This document shows, piece by piece, positions 38,419-46,933 of a DNA stretch of 64,000 nucleotides. This DNA comes from Ilumatobacteraceae bacterium (GTDB lineage: Bacteria; Actinomycetota; Acidimicrobiia; Acidimicrobiales; Ilumatobacteraceae): positions 5,422-69,421 of the forward strand of contig JBBKWQ010000396.1 in assembly GCA_037969115.1 (NCBI GenBank). The letters are read 5' to 3'. The notes under the pieces are model-generated. The model was not told the origin of the DNA and made no database searches. It worked only from the letters and a program-made list of their open reading frames with translations. Both the position numbers and the translations under genes were made by a program. Position 1 is the first letter of the stretch. Every line of letters starts with the position of its first letter.

Positions 38419-38460
38419 GCGTCGAACGTAGCACCGTCGCCCGCGGGAAGAGGGGGTACC

Positions 38461-40245
38461 TCAGCCGAGCCAGATCGAGTGCGTCCAGTAGAACCCTGCG
38501 GGGTTCATGCTGCCGCTGACCGTTGTTCCGTCGGGAAGCACGGTGCCACCGGTGTTGACGAACGGGTCGCGGGGCACACCCCAAATGGTCCACGACCATG
38601 GGATCTGGTAGCACTGCTCGGCGAAGCGACGGTTGATCGTCTCCGCGGCGTTGCGCCGAACCTCGGGGTCTGGCGATGTGCGAGCCGTCTCCAGTCCGGT
38701 GTCGACGACCTCGTCGCGGATGCGCGAGAAGTTGAGACTCGGATCGCCGTCTGGTGCCGCGGCGGAGCTGTGCCAGGCGTAGTACTGGGCGTCGATGTCG
38801 AACCCGCCGTGCTGGCGCCACCCGTAGATCTCGAACTCCGGCGATCCCAGCAAGGCGTTGGTGATGATCTGATCTTGCGGCAACGTGACGATCTCGACCT
38901 CGAGTCCGATCGCTTCCCAATAGCCCTTGAGCAGCTGGGCGATCTGATCGTTCACCTGCGTCACCGACTTTCCGTAGGTGATCGCCGCGGCACCGAACTC
39001 TTGCTCGTATTCCTCGATCAGCTGCTTGGCACCGTCGATGTCCTGACTGATGTCGAACCCGTTGTCGTCGAGGTGGCCTTGCTGACCGGGGCTGAAGACG
39101 CCGTTGGCGGGAGTGAGGATGCCGCCGGCGATGGTGTCGATCATCTCTTGGCGGTCGAGTGCTTTGGACATCGCACATCGCACTCGCACATCCGCGAGGG
39201 GCGAGTCTTTGTCGAGGTCGATCATCAGATAGTTGGTGTCGCCAGCATCGGCCCGCTCGACCATTGCGAATCTGGCGTCGTTGCGGAACCGCTCGATCAC
39301 ACGTCCTTCGGACGTCGCGAAGATGTCGATGGTTCCGCCGGCCAGTGCTTCGGCGGCGATTTCCGAATCCTCGATCACCCGGTACTCGATCCCGTCGAGG
39401 TAGGGGAGTTGGTCGCCGTTCGGAGCAGTCTGCCAGTAGTCGGGGTTGCGCGTGAGTTCGAGGGCCTCTCTCGGCTCATAACTCTCGACGATGAACGGCC
39501 CGGAACCGACGGGCATGCCCGGGTCGGCGGTGCCGGCGTCGACCGCCTCGAGCCACGTCGGCGACGCGATGAGGCCCCACTGGCCCGTCAGGTAAGCGTC
39601 GAGTCCGGGCCACGAGACCGGCTGGTTCGGGTCGCCGTTGAAGCCGGTGGCGATGGTGAAGGTCAGATCGTCGACCCGCTCGATCACCAGCGAGCCGTCT
39701 TCGCTCCGCGCCACGTCTTTGATCGCCGCCGACAAGAGAGGACCAGAGCCCGTCGCCTGCAGGTTGAACATCACTGCGTCGGCGTCGACCGGTGTGCCGT
39801 CGTGGAACACGATGCCGTCGCGGATCTTGATGGTCCAGACCGTGAACTGCTCGTTCGGCGTGATCGATTCGGCCAGGAACGGGTGCACGACGTGATCGTC
39901 ACCGAAGGCGGCGATCGGGTCGTAGAACGATCGTGCGCGTTGGATGCAGTACGAATCGCACTGCATCGTGGCCGGAACCCACGCATTCGCGACTTCGGCT
40001 TCGCCGGCTGCGATGAGCGTGCCGCCGTATTCGGCGGGTTTGCTGCCGGCCCCGTTCTCGGACGCCGAACCGCTTGCTTCCGACTGGATTGCGTCGCTGC
40101 CATCACCCGACGACGCGGCGGATTCGATCGACTCGCCGTCGCCTGCTGAGCCTCCACAGGCCGTCGCAGCGATCGCGAAGCTCACGACGACGGCTGTCAG
40201 CAACGTGGTGGGGCGTCTGGAAGTCGTGCGAATGGTGCTGTGCAC
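38461..40245 (-). CDS. ABC transporter substrate-binding lipoprotein, family 5 (peptide/nickel type)
   Basis: Lipobox AIAATAC after GTG 40245, with GAGGAG about 6 nt upstream. The body has the typical family-5 pattern (...WVPATMQCDSY..., DGTPVDADAVMFN, NPDYWQ). The ORF-track N-extension is rejected. Confidence 0.85.
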   Translation of the reverse strand: MHSTIRTTSRRPTTLLTAVVVSFAIAATACGGSAGDGESIESAASSGDGSDAIQSEASGSASENGAGSKPAEYGGTLIAAGEAEVANAWVPATMQCDSYCIQRARSFYDPIAAFGDDHVVHPFLAESITPNEQFTVWTIKIRDGIVFHDGTPVDADAVMFNLQATGSGPLLSAAIKDVARSEDGSLVIERVDDLTFTIATGFNGDPNQPVSWPGLDAYLTGQWGLIASPTWLEAVDAGTADPGMPVGSGPFIVESYEPREALELTRNPDYWQTAPNGDQLPYLDGIEYRVIEDSEIAAEALAGGTIDIFATSEGRVIERFRNDARFAMVERADAGDTNYLMIDLDKDSPLADVRVRCAMSKALDRQEMIDTIAGGILTPANGVFSPGQQGHLDDNGFDISQDIDGAKQLIEEYEQEFGAAAITYGKSVTQVNDQIAQLLKGYWEAIGLEVEIVTLPQDQIITNALLGSPEFEIYGWRQHGGFDIDAQYYAWHSSAAAPDGDPSLNFSRIRDEVVDTGLETARTSPDPEVRRNAAETINRRFAEQCYQIPWSWTIWGVPRDPFVNTGGTVLPDGTTVSGSMNPAGFYWTHSIWLG

Positions 40246-40401
40246 CAGTGGTCTCCTCGTTCGTCGCTGCGCAACCGGGTCGGCACCGCGTGTGATGGAT
40301 CGATTACGTGGTAGAAAGCCCGCCAAGTGAGCAGTCTGCCACACACGGTGGTAATTCGGCAGCGACCACGCCGAACATGAGGAATCTGATGGCGCCGTAC
40401 G

Positions 40402-40644
40402 ATGAGCAGGATGGCGCCACCGGTTCGGCACGACCATCAGGATGCTCCGCATCGCACCCGGTTGTCGCCGGATCACCCGCTCCGCGATTCCGTACTCGGC
40501 GCGCACCGAGCGGCCGTCGAGGCTCGCCTACCCACTTATCGCGACCCGTCCACTGGACTCGGCGTGTTCACGTCGACGTTCCTGGCAGCCCGTGGTTACT
40601 GCTGCGAGAGCGGGTGTCGACATTGCCCCTTCGTCGGCGCCTGA
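40402..40644 (+). CDS. Small Cys-rich protein, DUF5522-like
   Basis: The C-terminus YRDPSTGLGVFTSTFLAARGYCCESGCRHCPF matches my recollection of the DUF5522 signature (...VFT...L..RG.CCG.GCRHCPY). The start is uncertain. Confidence 0.45.
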   Translation: MSRMAPPVRHDHQDAPHRTRLSPDHPLRDSVLGAHRAAVEARLPTYRDPSTGLGVFTSTFLAARGYCCESGCRHCPFVGA

Positions 40645-40678
40645 TCGATGCGGGCCGACTTTGGCTACGTTGGCCACC

Positions 40679-41494
40679 ATGACCGACGATCTCGACCGAG
40701 CCGTGAAGCAATGTCGAGCCGATGAACGGCTCGAACTCGGAGAGCATGACCCTCGTGAGACGTTCGGCTGGGAGAAGGAACAATCGAAGGCCGCGCTCGC
40801 CGAGGAACTCGCCGCGATTCGGGTGTTGCAGACCAAACTCTACGCCGAAGAGCAGTCGGCCCTTCTGCTGGTCTTGCAGGCCATGGACGCTGGAGGCAAG
40901 GACGGAGCGATCAGATCGGTGATGACCGGGCTCAACCCGGCCGGCGTCAGGGTCAACGGTTTCGGCGTGCCGTCGGACGAAGAGCGCGGCCACGACTACC
41001 TGTGGCGCATTCACGCCCACGCACCTGCGAAGGGCATGATCGGTGTCTTCAACCGCAGCCACTACGAAGACGTCCTGGTGGTGCGCGTCAAAGGGCTCGC
41101 TCCCACCAGTCGGTGGAAGCGGCGCTACGACCACATCCGACAGTTCGAGCAGATGCTGTTCGACGAGGGCACACACATCGCGAAAATCTTCCTCAACGTC
41201 TCGAAGGAGGAACAGCGTGAACGCCTCCAGGATCGCGTCGACGACCCCGACGAGCGCTGGAAGTTTCGGCTCGGCGATCTCGACGACCGAGCGCTGTGGG
41301 GCGAGTACCGGGACGCCTACGTCGAAGCGATCGAGCGGACGTCCACCGACGACGCGCCGTGGTATGTGGTTCCGGCAGATCGAAAGTGGGTTCGCAATCT
41401 GGTCATCGCGCGCATCCTCCGACAACATCTCGAGCGGATCGATCCGCACTATCCCGATCCTGAAGAAGGCATCACGGGAGTGATCGTCGAGTAG
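40679..41494 (+). CDS. ppk2: Polyphosphate kinase 2 family protein
   Basis: LLLVLQAMDAGGKDGAIRSV (Walker A-like), YLWRIHAHAPAKGMIGVFNRSHYEDVLVVRV and WYVVPADRKWVRN are PPK2 motifs. 271 aa, single domain. Confidence 0.85.
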   Translation: MTDDLDRAVKQCRADERLELGEHDPRETFGWEKEQSKAALAEELAAIRVLQTKLYAEEQSALLLVLQAMDAGGKDGAIRSVMTGLNPAGVRVNGFGVPSDEERGHDYLWRIHAHAPAKGMIGVFNRSHYEDVLVVRVKGLAPTSRWKRRYDHIRQFEQMLFDEGTHIAKIFLNVSKEEQRERLQDRVDDPDERWKFRLGDLDDRALWGEYRDAYVEAIERTSTDDAPWYVVPADRKWVRNLVIARILRQHLERIDPHYPDPEEGITGVIVE

Positions 41495-41534
41495 TTCACC
41501 TCCCGGCCCGAACATTTTGTACAGTCAGGTTCCC

Positions 41535-42425
41535 ATGCCAGTCCATGTCTCGTACTCGCTCGCCGATGCGGTCGAACAACTCGAGCGGCGCCCGGACGCG
41601 ATCGTCCTCGCCGGCGGAACCGACTTCATGGTCGAGGTGAACGAGGGCCATCGAACCCTGCCCACGGCCGATGTGATGGTCATCGCCGTCGACCGGGTCG
41701 CGGAGTTGCGGTCGTTCACGATCGACGACACCGGAAAGACCCTGACGCTGGGCGCCGGGGTCACGTATGCCGAGATCATGGGTGCCCCGATCGCGAGTCG
41801 TGTTCCGGCGCTCGCGGAGGCAGCTCGCACGGTCGGCTCACCACAAATCCGCCACGCAGCGACCGTCGGCGGCAATCTCGCTACGTGTTCGCCGGCCGGC
41901 GACGGGCTTCCCGTGTTGTCAGCCCTCGATGCCGTGGTCAATCTCGTGTCCGCATCGGGCGAGCGCTCCATGTCGGTTCACGACTTCATGGTCGGGGTGA
42001 AGCGAACGGCATTGTTGCCGGGCGAGCTGATTGCGTCGATCGGCCTGCCGATCCTCGACGGATACCAGGGATACTCGAAGGTCGGGGTCCGAAACGCGAT
42101 GGTCATCGCCACGGCGAGCGTCTGCGTGGCGATCGACAATTCGGACCAGTCGGTCCGGTGCGCTCTCGGATCGGTCGCCCCCACGATCATCCGCTGCCCG
42201 GAAGCAGAGGCGTACGCGAGCGCCAACGTCGACTGGCGCGAACAGACCGTCGAGTCGTCCGTCTGCACGGCGTTCGGCACTCTTGCCGCCGATGCGAGTC
42301 GGCCGATCGACGATCACCGATCGAGCGCCGCGTACCGGAAGCACTCGATCGCCGTGATGGCGTCTCGTCAGCTCGGGCGTGCGTTTGCGTCGGCCGGCCC
42401 GGCTCACATGGAGCAACGATCATGA
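41535..42425 (+). CDS. Molybdo-hydroxylase FAD-binding (medium) subunit, xanthine dehydrogenase/CoxM family
   Basis: VLAGGTDFMVEVN, PQIRHAATVGGNLATCSPAGD and SAAYRKH are FAD_binding_5/CO_deh_flav_C patterns. ATG 41535 is preferred to TTG 41517. Confidence 0.85.
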   Translation: MPVHVSYSLADAVEQLERRPDAIVLAGGTDFMVEVNEGHRTLPTADVMVIAVDRVAELRSFTIDDTGKTLTLGAGVTYAEIMGAPIASRVPALAEAARTVGSPQIRHAATVGGNLATCSPAGDGLPVLSALDAVVNLVSASGERSMSVHDFMVGVKRTALLPGELIASIGLPILDGYQGYSKVGVRNAMVIATASVCVAIDNSDQSVRCALGSVAPTIIRCPEAEAYASANVDWREQTVESSVCTAFGTLAADASRPIDDHRSSAAYRKHSIAVMASRQLGRAFASAGPAHMEQRS

Positions 42426-42904
42426 GCGAGCACTACATCTTGCACGTGAACGGCGTCGAACATGGCGTCAGCGACGCGTGGCTGGGCGAGAATCTGTTGT
42501 TCGTGTTGCGCGAGCGGCTCGGGCTCCTGGCTGCGAAAGGAGCCTGTGAACAGGGCGAGTGCGGGTCGTGCACCGTCATGGTCGACGGGCGGCTCTTGTG
42601 TTCGTGCCTCGTGCTGGCAGCGTCGGCGACCGATCAGCCGATCGTCACGGTCGAAGGTCTCGCCGAGCCGGGCACGCCCAGCGACGTCCAACAGGCGTTC
42701 ATCGATGCAGGCGCGGTGCAGTGCGGATTCTGCACGCCCGGACTCGTCATGGCGGCACACGACCTGCTCGATCGGTCGCCCGCTCCGAGCGACATGGAGA
42801 TCAGGGAAGAACTGTCGGGCAACGTGTGCCGGTGCACGGGTTATGGCCGCATCATCGAGGCAGTACAGCGCGTCGCGGTGAGTCGTCGAGAGGTGGCGCC
42901 ATGA
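42422..42904 (+). CDS. Molybdo-hydroxylase (2Fe-2S)-binding small subunit
   Basis: GACEQGECGSCTVMVDG...CSC and QCGFCTPG...CRCTGY are the two [2Fe-2S] Cys clusters. ATGA overlaps on both sides. Confidence 0.9.
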   Translation: MSEHYILHVNGVEHGVSDAWLGENLLFVLRERLGLLAAKGACEQGECGSCTVMVDGRLLCSCLVLAASATDQPIVTVEGLAEPGTPSDVQQAFIDAGAVQCGFCTPGLVMAAHDLLDRSPAPSDMEIREELSGNVCRCTGYGRIIEAVQRVAVSRREVAP

Positions 42905-45204
42905 CCATCATCGAACGTGACCTCGCGGTGCGCTCGGGCACGATCGGTGATTCGCCGGCGAGGCCTGATGGAGTCGCAAAGGTGCAGGGATCGTTCGAGT
43001 TCTCGTCCGATCGCGGTGCCGAGGGATGTCTGTGGGGCGCAACACTCCGGTCGCCGCACCCGTACGCGCGAATCGTGACGATCGACGTTTCGCCGGCGTG
43101 GCAGATCGACGGGGTCGCAGCGGTGATCACGGCCGACGACGTGCCGGGTCGGTTGCACTACGGGCTCATCGATCAAGATCAACCCGTGTTCGCGACCGAC
43201 GTGGTGCGCTATGTCGGTGAACCCGTCGCTGCGGTCGCTGCCGATCACCCGGAAACGTGCAAGCGGGCGCTCGAGGCGATCGTCGTGACCTATGAGGTGC
43301 TCGAGCCGCTCATCGATCCCGAGGTCGCAATCGCTGGAGAGCACGAACCGATTCATCCCCACGGCAACGTGGTTCGGCACCAACGAATCGTGTGCGGCGA
43401 CGTCGATGCCACGGGGCCCGTGGTCGTCGAGGGCACCTACCAGATCGGGATGCAGGATCAGGCGTTCCTCGGGCTGGAGGCGGCACTCGCCGTGCCCGAC
43501 CACGACGGTGGCGGCGTCGAACTCCTGATCGCGACGCAATGGCTGCACGAAGATCGTAAGCAGATCGCAGCGTGTCTGGGTCTGCCCGACGAGAAGGTCC
43601 GGCTGGTGCTCGGTGGCGTCGGTGGTGCGTTCGGCGCACGCGAAGACATCTCGCTCCAGGTCCATTCGTGTCTGCTCGCATTGCGCCTCGGTCAGCCAGT
43701 CCGCATGCAGTACACGCGTGCCGAGAGCTTTCTCGGTCACGTCCATCGGCACCCGGCCACCGTGTGGATGCGGCATCACGCGACCGAGGAGGGTGAGGTC
43801 GTCAAGATCGAGGCCCGCTACGTGTTCGACGGCGGAGCCTACGCCTCGACGTCCTCGGCGGTGTTGCTCAATGCCATCACGCACACGCAGGGCCCGTATC
43901 GATGCCCGAACGCCGTCGTTGACGGCTACGCGGTGCGTACGAATCACCTGCCGTGTGGTGCGATGCGTGGATTCGGTGTGGTTCAGGCGTGTTTCGCCCA
44001 CGAGAGCCAGTACGACCTGCTGGCCGATGCGTGCGGCCTCGGCCCCATCGAGATTCGAATGCGCAACGCTATCCGCACCGGCGACATGTTGATCCACGGT
44101 CAGGTGATGGAGAGCGTGGCGCCGGTCGAGCGTTGTATCCGCGAGACTGCGGCGTTGCCGCTTCCCGACGAGCCCGTCGGCGGTCACGACGGCGACGTCA
44201 TGCGGCTGCCGGGTGGAGCCGGGCGAACCGCCGACGTCGGTCATGTGCGTCGAGGCATCGGGTACGGAGTGGCCATGAAGAACCTCATGTACTCCGAGGG
44301 ATTCGACGACTACTCGACGGCGCGGTGCCGGCTACGCGACGGTGTCGTCAGGCTCAAGTTCGCGACTTCCGAGGTGGGTCAGGGGTTCGTCACGATCGCC
44401 GGTCAGATCGCCAGAACAATCCTCGGAGTCGATCGAGTCGAGCTCGACAGGATCGACACACAGATCGGTTCGGCCGGCTCGACGTCCGCGTCGCGGCAGA
44501 CGTGGATGAGCGGCGGTGCGGTCGACGGTGCGTGTCGGGCAGTCCGGGAACGATTGTTCGAACACGTCGGTGCGCTGAACGGAATCGATCCGATTCGTCT
44601 CGCGATCGACGGCACCGATGTCATCGACACGGCAGGCGATCTGCGGGTACCGGTGGTGGAGGCATCGGCGGGAACGGAGTTCGACCAGACCTTCGAATAT
44701 CACCACCGTCCAACGGAAGATCTCGACGAGAACGGCCAGGGCAATTGCCACACAGCGTTCGCGTTCGTGGCGCACCGTGCCGTGGTCGATGTCGACCCCG
44801 ATCTCGGGCTCGTGAAGGTCGTACAGGTCGCCACTGCGCAGGATGTCGGGGTGGCGTTGAACCCGCTGTCGGTGCTCGGCCAGATCGAAGGCGGCATCGC
44901 GCAGGGTCTCGGGCTCGCCGTGATGGAGGAGATCATCCAGATCGACGGCCACATCCGAAATGCGAGCTTCACCGACTACCTGCTCCCCACGTTCCTCGAC
45001 ATGCCTCCGGTTGTGGCGTCGCTCGTGGAAGAACCAGATCCGCAGGCGCCGCTCGGAGCGAAGGGTGTGGGGGAGGCTCCGTGCATCTCGGTGACCCCGG
45101 CGATCGTCGCTGCGATCCGAGATGCGCTGAAGCAGGTCGACGGTGTCGGCAAATCCATCACACGCGTGCCAGTGCGACCGGCCGACATCGCGCTGCCACG
45201 GTGA
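42901..45204 (+). CDS. Molybdo-hydroxylase molybdopterin-binding large subunit
   Basis: 767 aa. RPDGVAKVQGSFEFSSD, GGVGGAFGARED, GAMRGFG and VGEAPCISV fit the aldehyde oxidase/xanthine dehydrogenase a/b-hammerhead and Moco-binding patterns. Confidence 0.85.
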   Translation: MTIIERDLAVRSGTIGDSPARPDGVAKVQGSFEFSSDRGAEGCLWGATLRSPHPYARIVTIDVSPAWQIDGVAAVITADDVPGRLHYGLIDQDQPVFATDVVRYVGEPVAAVAADHPETCKRALEAIVVTYEVLEPLIDPEVAIAGEHEPIHPHGNVVRHQRIVCGDVDATGPVVVEGTYQIGMQDQAFLGLEAALAVPDHDGGGVELLIATQWLHEDRKQIAACLGLPDEKVRLVLGGVGGAFGAREDISLQVHSCLLALRLGQPVRMQYTRAESFLGHVHRHPATVWMRHHATEEGEVVKIEARYVFDGGAYASTSSAVLLNAITHTQGPYRCPNAVVDGYAVRTNHLPCGAMRGFGVVQACFAHESQYDLLADACGLGPIEIRMRNAIRTGDMLIHGQVMESVAPVERCIRETAALPLPDEPVGGHDGDVMRLPGGAGRTADVGHVRRGIGYGVAMKNLMYSEGFDDYSTARCRLRDGVVRLKFATSEVGQGFVTIAGQIARTILGVDRVELDRIDTQIGSAGSTSASRQTWMSGGAVDGACRAVRERLFEHVGALNGIDPIRLAIDGTDVIDTAGDLRVPVVEASAGTEFDQTFEYHHRPTEDLDENGQGNCHTAFAFVAHRAVVDVDPDLGLVKVVQVATAQDVGVALNPLSVLGQIEGGIAQGLGLAVMEEIIQIDGHIRNASFTDYLLPTFLDMPPVVASLVEEPDPQAPLGAKGVGEAPCISVTPAIVAAIRDALKQVDGVGKSITRVPVRPADIALPR

Positions 45205-45255
45205 GGTCGATCGCTTTTCGGGTGGCTGCTACCACTCGCGGTAGCGTGGGGCGCC

Positions 45256-45753
45256 ATGTCGCAAGAGCGTGAAATCCTGACCTGGGAGCTGTTCGGGCGA
45301 GCGTCTCGCGAACTGGCCCAACTCGTTGCCGACGACGGGTACGAGCCCGACATGATTCTGTCGATCGCACGCGGTGGCCTCCTCATCGGCGGGGCCATGG
45401 GGTACGCCATGTCGGTGAAGAACACGTACACGATGAACGTCGAGTTCTACACCGGCGTCGACGAACGGCTCGAAGTGCCGCGCATCCTTCCTCCGGCGCC
45501 CGACTTCGTCGATCTGCACGACGCAAAGATCCTGATCGTCGACGACGTCGCCGATACGGGGCACACGCTCAAGAGTGTCGAAGACTTCTGTGACGGCAAG
45601 GTCGGCGAGGTACGCACCGCTGTCATCTACGAGAAGTCACATTCGGTCGTGAAGTGCGACTATGTCTGGCGTCGCACCGATCAGTGGATCAACTTCCCGT
45701 GGAGCGACCAGCCACCGGTGGCGAAGCGCGACTGGGCGGTGCGCGACGCCTGA
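45256..45753 (+). CDS. Purine-type phosphoribosyltransferase (Gpt/Hpt-like)
   Basis: PRPP-binding motif ILIVDDVADTGHTL. 165 aa. WELFGRASRELAQLV N-terminus as in xanthine-guanine PRTs. Confidence 0.8.
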   Translation: MSQEREILTWELFGRASRELAQLVADDGYEPDMILSIARGGLLIGGAMGYAMSVKNTYTMNVEFYTGVDERLEVPRILPPAPDFVDLHDAKILIVDDVADTGHTLKSVEDFCDGKVGEVRTAVIYEKSHSVVKCDYVWRRTDQWINFPWSDQPPVAKRDWAVRDA

Positions 45754-45763
45754 CGGGTCGGGC

Positions 45764-46834
45764 TCAGGCCCGCGCCGCGGCGAGGCGTTCGGCAAGTCGC
45801 TTCGGCGGCACGACGCCGAGGAGCCGGTCTTGGTCCCAAACGGTCACCACCGGTTGCGACGGGTTCAGCCTCGGTAGCACCGACGCGAGTTCTTCGTCGA
45901 GATCGGCGCGTGCCAGACGATCGAACGGCACCATCAGTTGGGTGAGCATCACCCAGGGGCGCTGATCACCCGGAATCGCCCACAGCGCATCCTCGAGGAC
46001 GAGACCGTCGAGCTCGCCGTCTTCGCCGCGGACCGCCACGGCTCCGGCTTCACCGAGACGTTGGCGCTGCCACAGCATCGAGTCGGCGTCCATGTCGCTG
46101 CCGACCGATGCCACACCGAACCAGATGAGGTCTCGGACCGTGACGCCTTGGAGGCGTTCGGCCAGCGTGGCGGCGATGATCTCTGCTTTGGCGTTGAGCC
46201 CGATGAATGCGCCGGTGATCAGCAGCCAGATTCCGGATTGCGCACGCACGATCAACGCGAATCCGATCGCGGCGATGATCCATCCGAGGTAGACGCCGGC
46301 CGTTCCGGCTTCGCGCATCGCTCGATGACGGTTCCCGTGCCGCTTCCACCGCAGTGCCTTCACGACGCGTCCGCCATCGAGAGGCGCTCCCGGCAACATG
46401 TTGAACACGGCCAGCATCACGTTGATGATGCCGACCCATCCGGCGACGCCGGCGACGGTGGGGCTACCGGGATCGAGCGTGAAGTACGCAGCAAGGCCGA
46501 TGACGCCGATCAGGAGGCTGGCGAGTGGGCCGGCGACGGCGATCGAACCTTCGGCCTTCGGTGACGGCGCCTCGCGATTGAGGCGTGCAATCCCGCCGAG
46601 TGCCCAGAGCTCGATCGAGTCGGTGTCGACGTCGAACCGTCGCGCCACCAAGGCGTGTGCCAGCTCGTGGGCGAGGATCGAGATCATGAACAGCACGACA
46701 CCGATGACCGCTGCAGTCCAGCCGAGGACCGAACTCAGGCTGCCGGCGAGCAGAACCGCGACGAGTGCGACGCTCCAGTGCAGGTTCACGGCGATGCCGG
46801 CGAGCCGGCCCAGCTTCAGCGATCCAGACGACAT
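45764..46834 (-). CDS. Site-2 protease family (M50) metalloprotease with CBS pair
   Basis: HELAHALVARRF (HExxH) in a TM segment, a second metal ligand region NMLPGAPLDGG and a C-terminal CBS-like region. Confidence 0.85.
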   Translation of the reverse strand: MSSGSLKLGRLAGIAVNLHWSVALVAVLLAGSLSSVLGWTAAVIGVVLFMISILAHELAHALVARRFDVDTDSIELWALGGIARLNREAPSPKAEGSIAVAGPLASLLIGVIGLAAYFTLDPGSPTVAGVAGWVGIINVMLAVFNMLPGAPLDGGRVVKALRWKRHGNRHRAMREAGTAGVYLGWIIAAIGFALIVRAQSGIWLLITGAFIGLNAKAEIIAATLAERLQGVTVRDLIWFGVASVGSDMDADSMLWQRQRLGEAGAVAVRGEDGELDGLVLEDALWAIPGDQRPWVMLTQLMVPFDRLARADLDEELASVLPRLNPSQPVVTVWDQDRLLGVVPPKRLAERLAAARA

Positions 46835-46933
46835 CAGGTTCCTCGTCGAATCGCTGGGTGGGATGGTGGCTTCAACATGCAGATCAGCGAGTCGACAACT
46901 GGATCAACCCTACGTGCGCAGCGCGCATTCCCG

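Noticed and set aside
37861-40149. 762-aa plus-strand ORF opposite the AlkA-like and SBP genes
   Set aside because: Shadow ORF. It has no motifs, and the opposite strand carries two well-supported genes.
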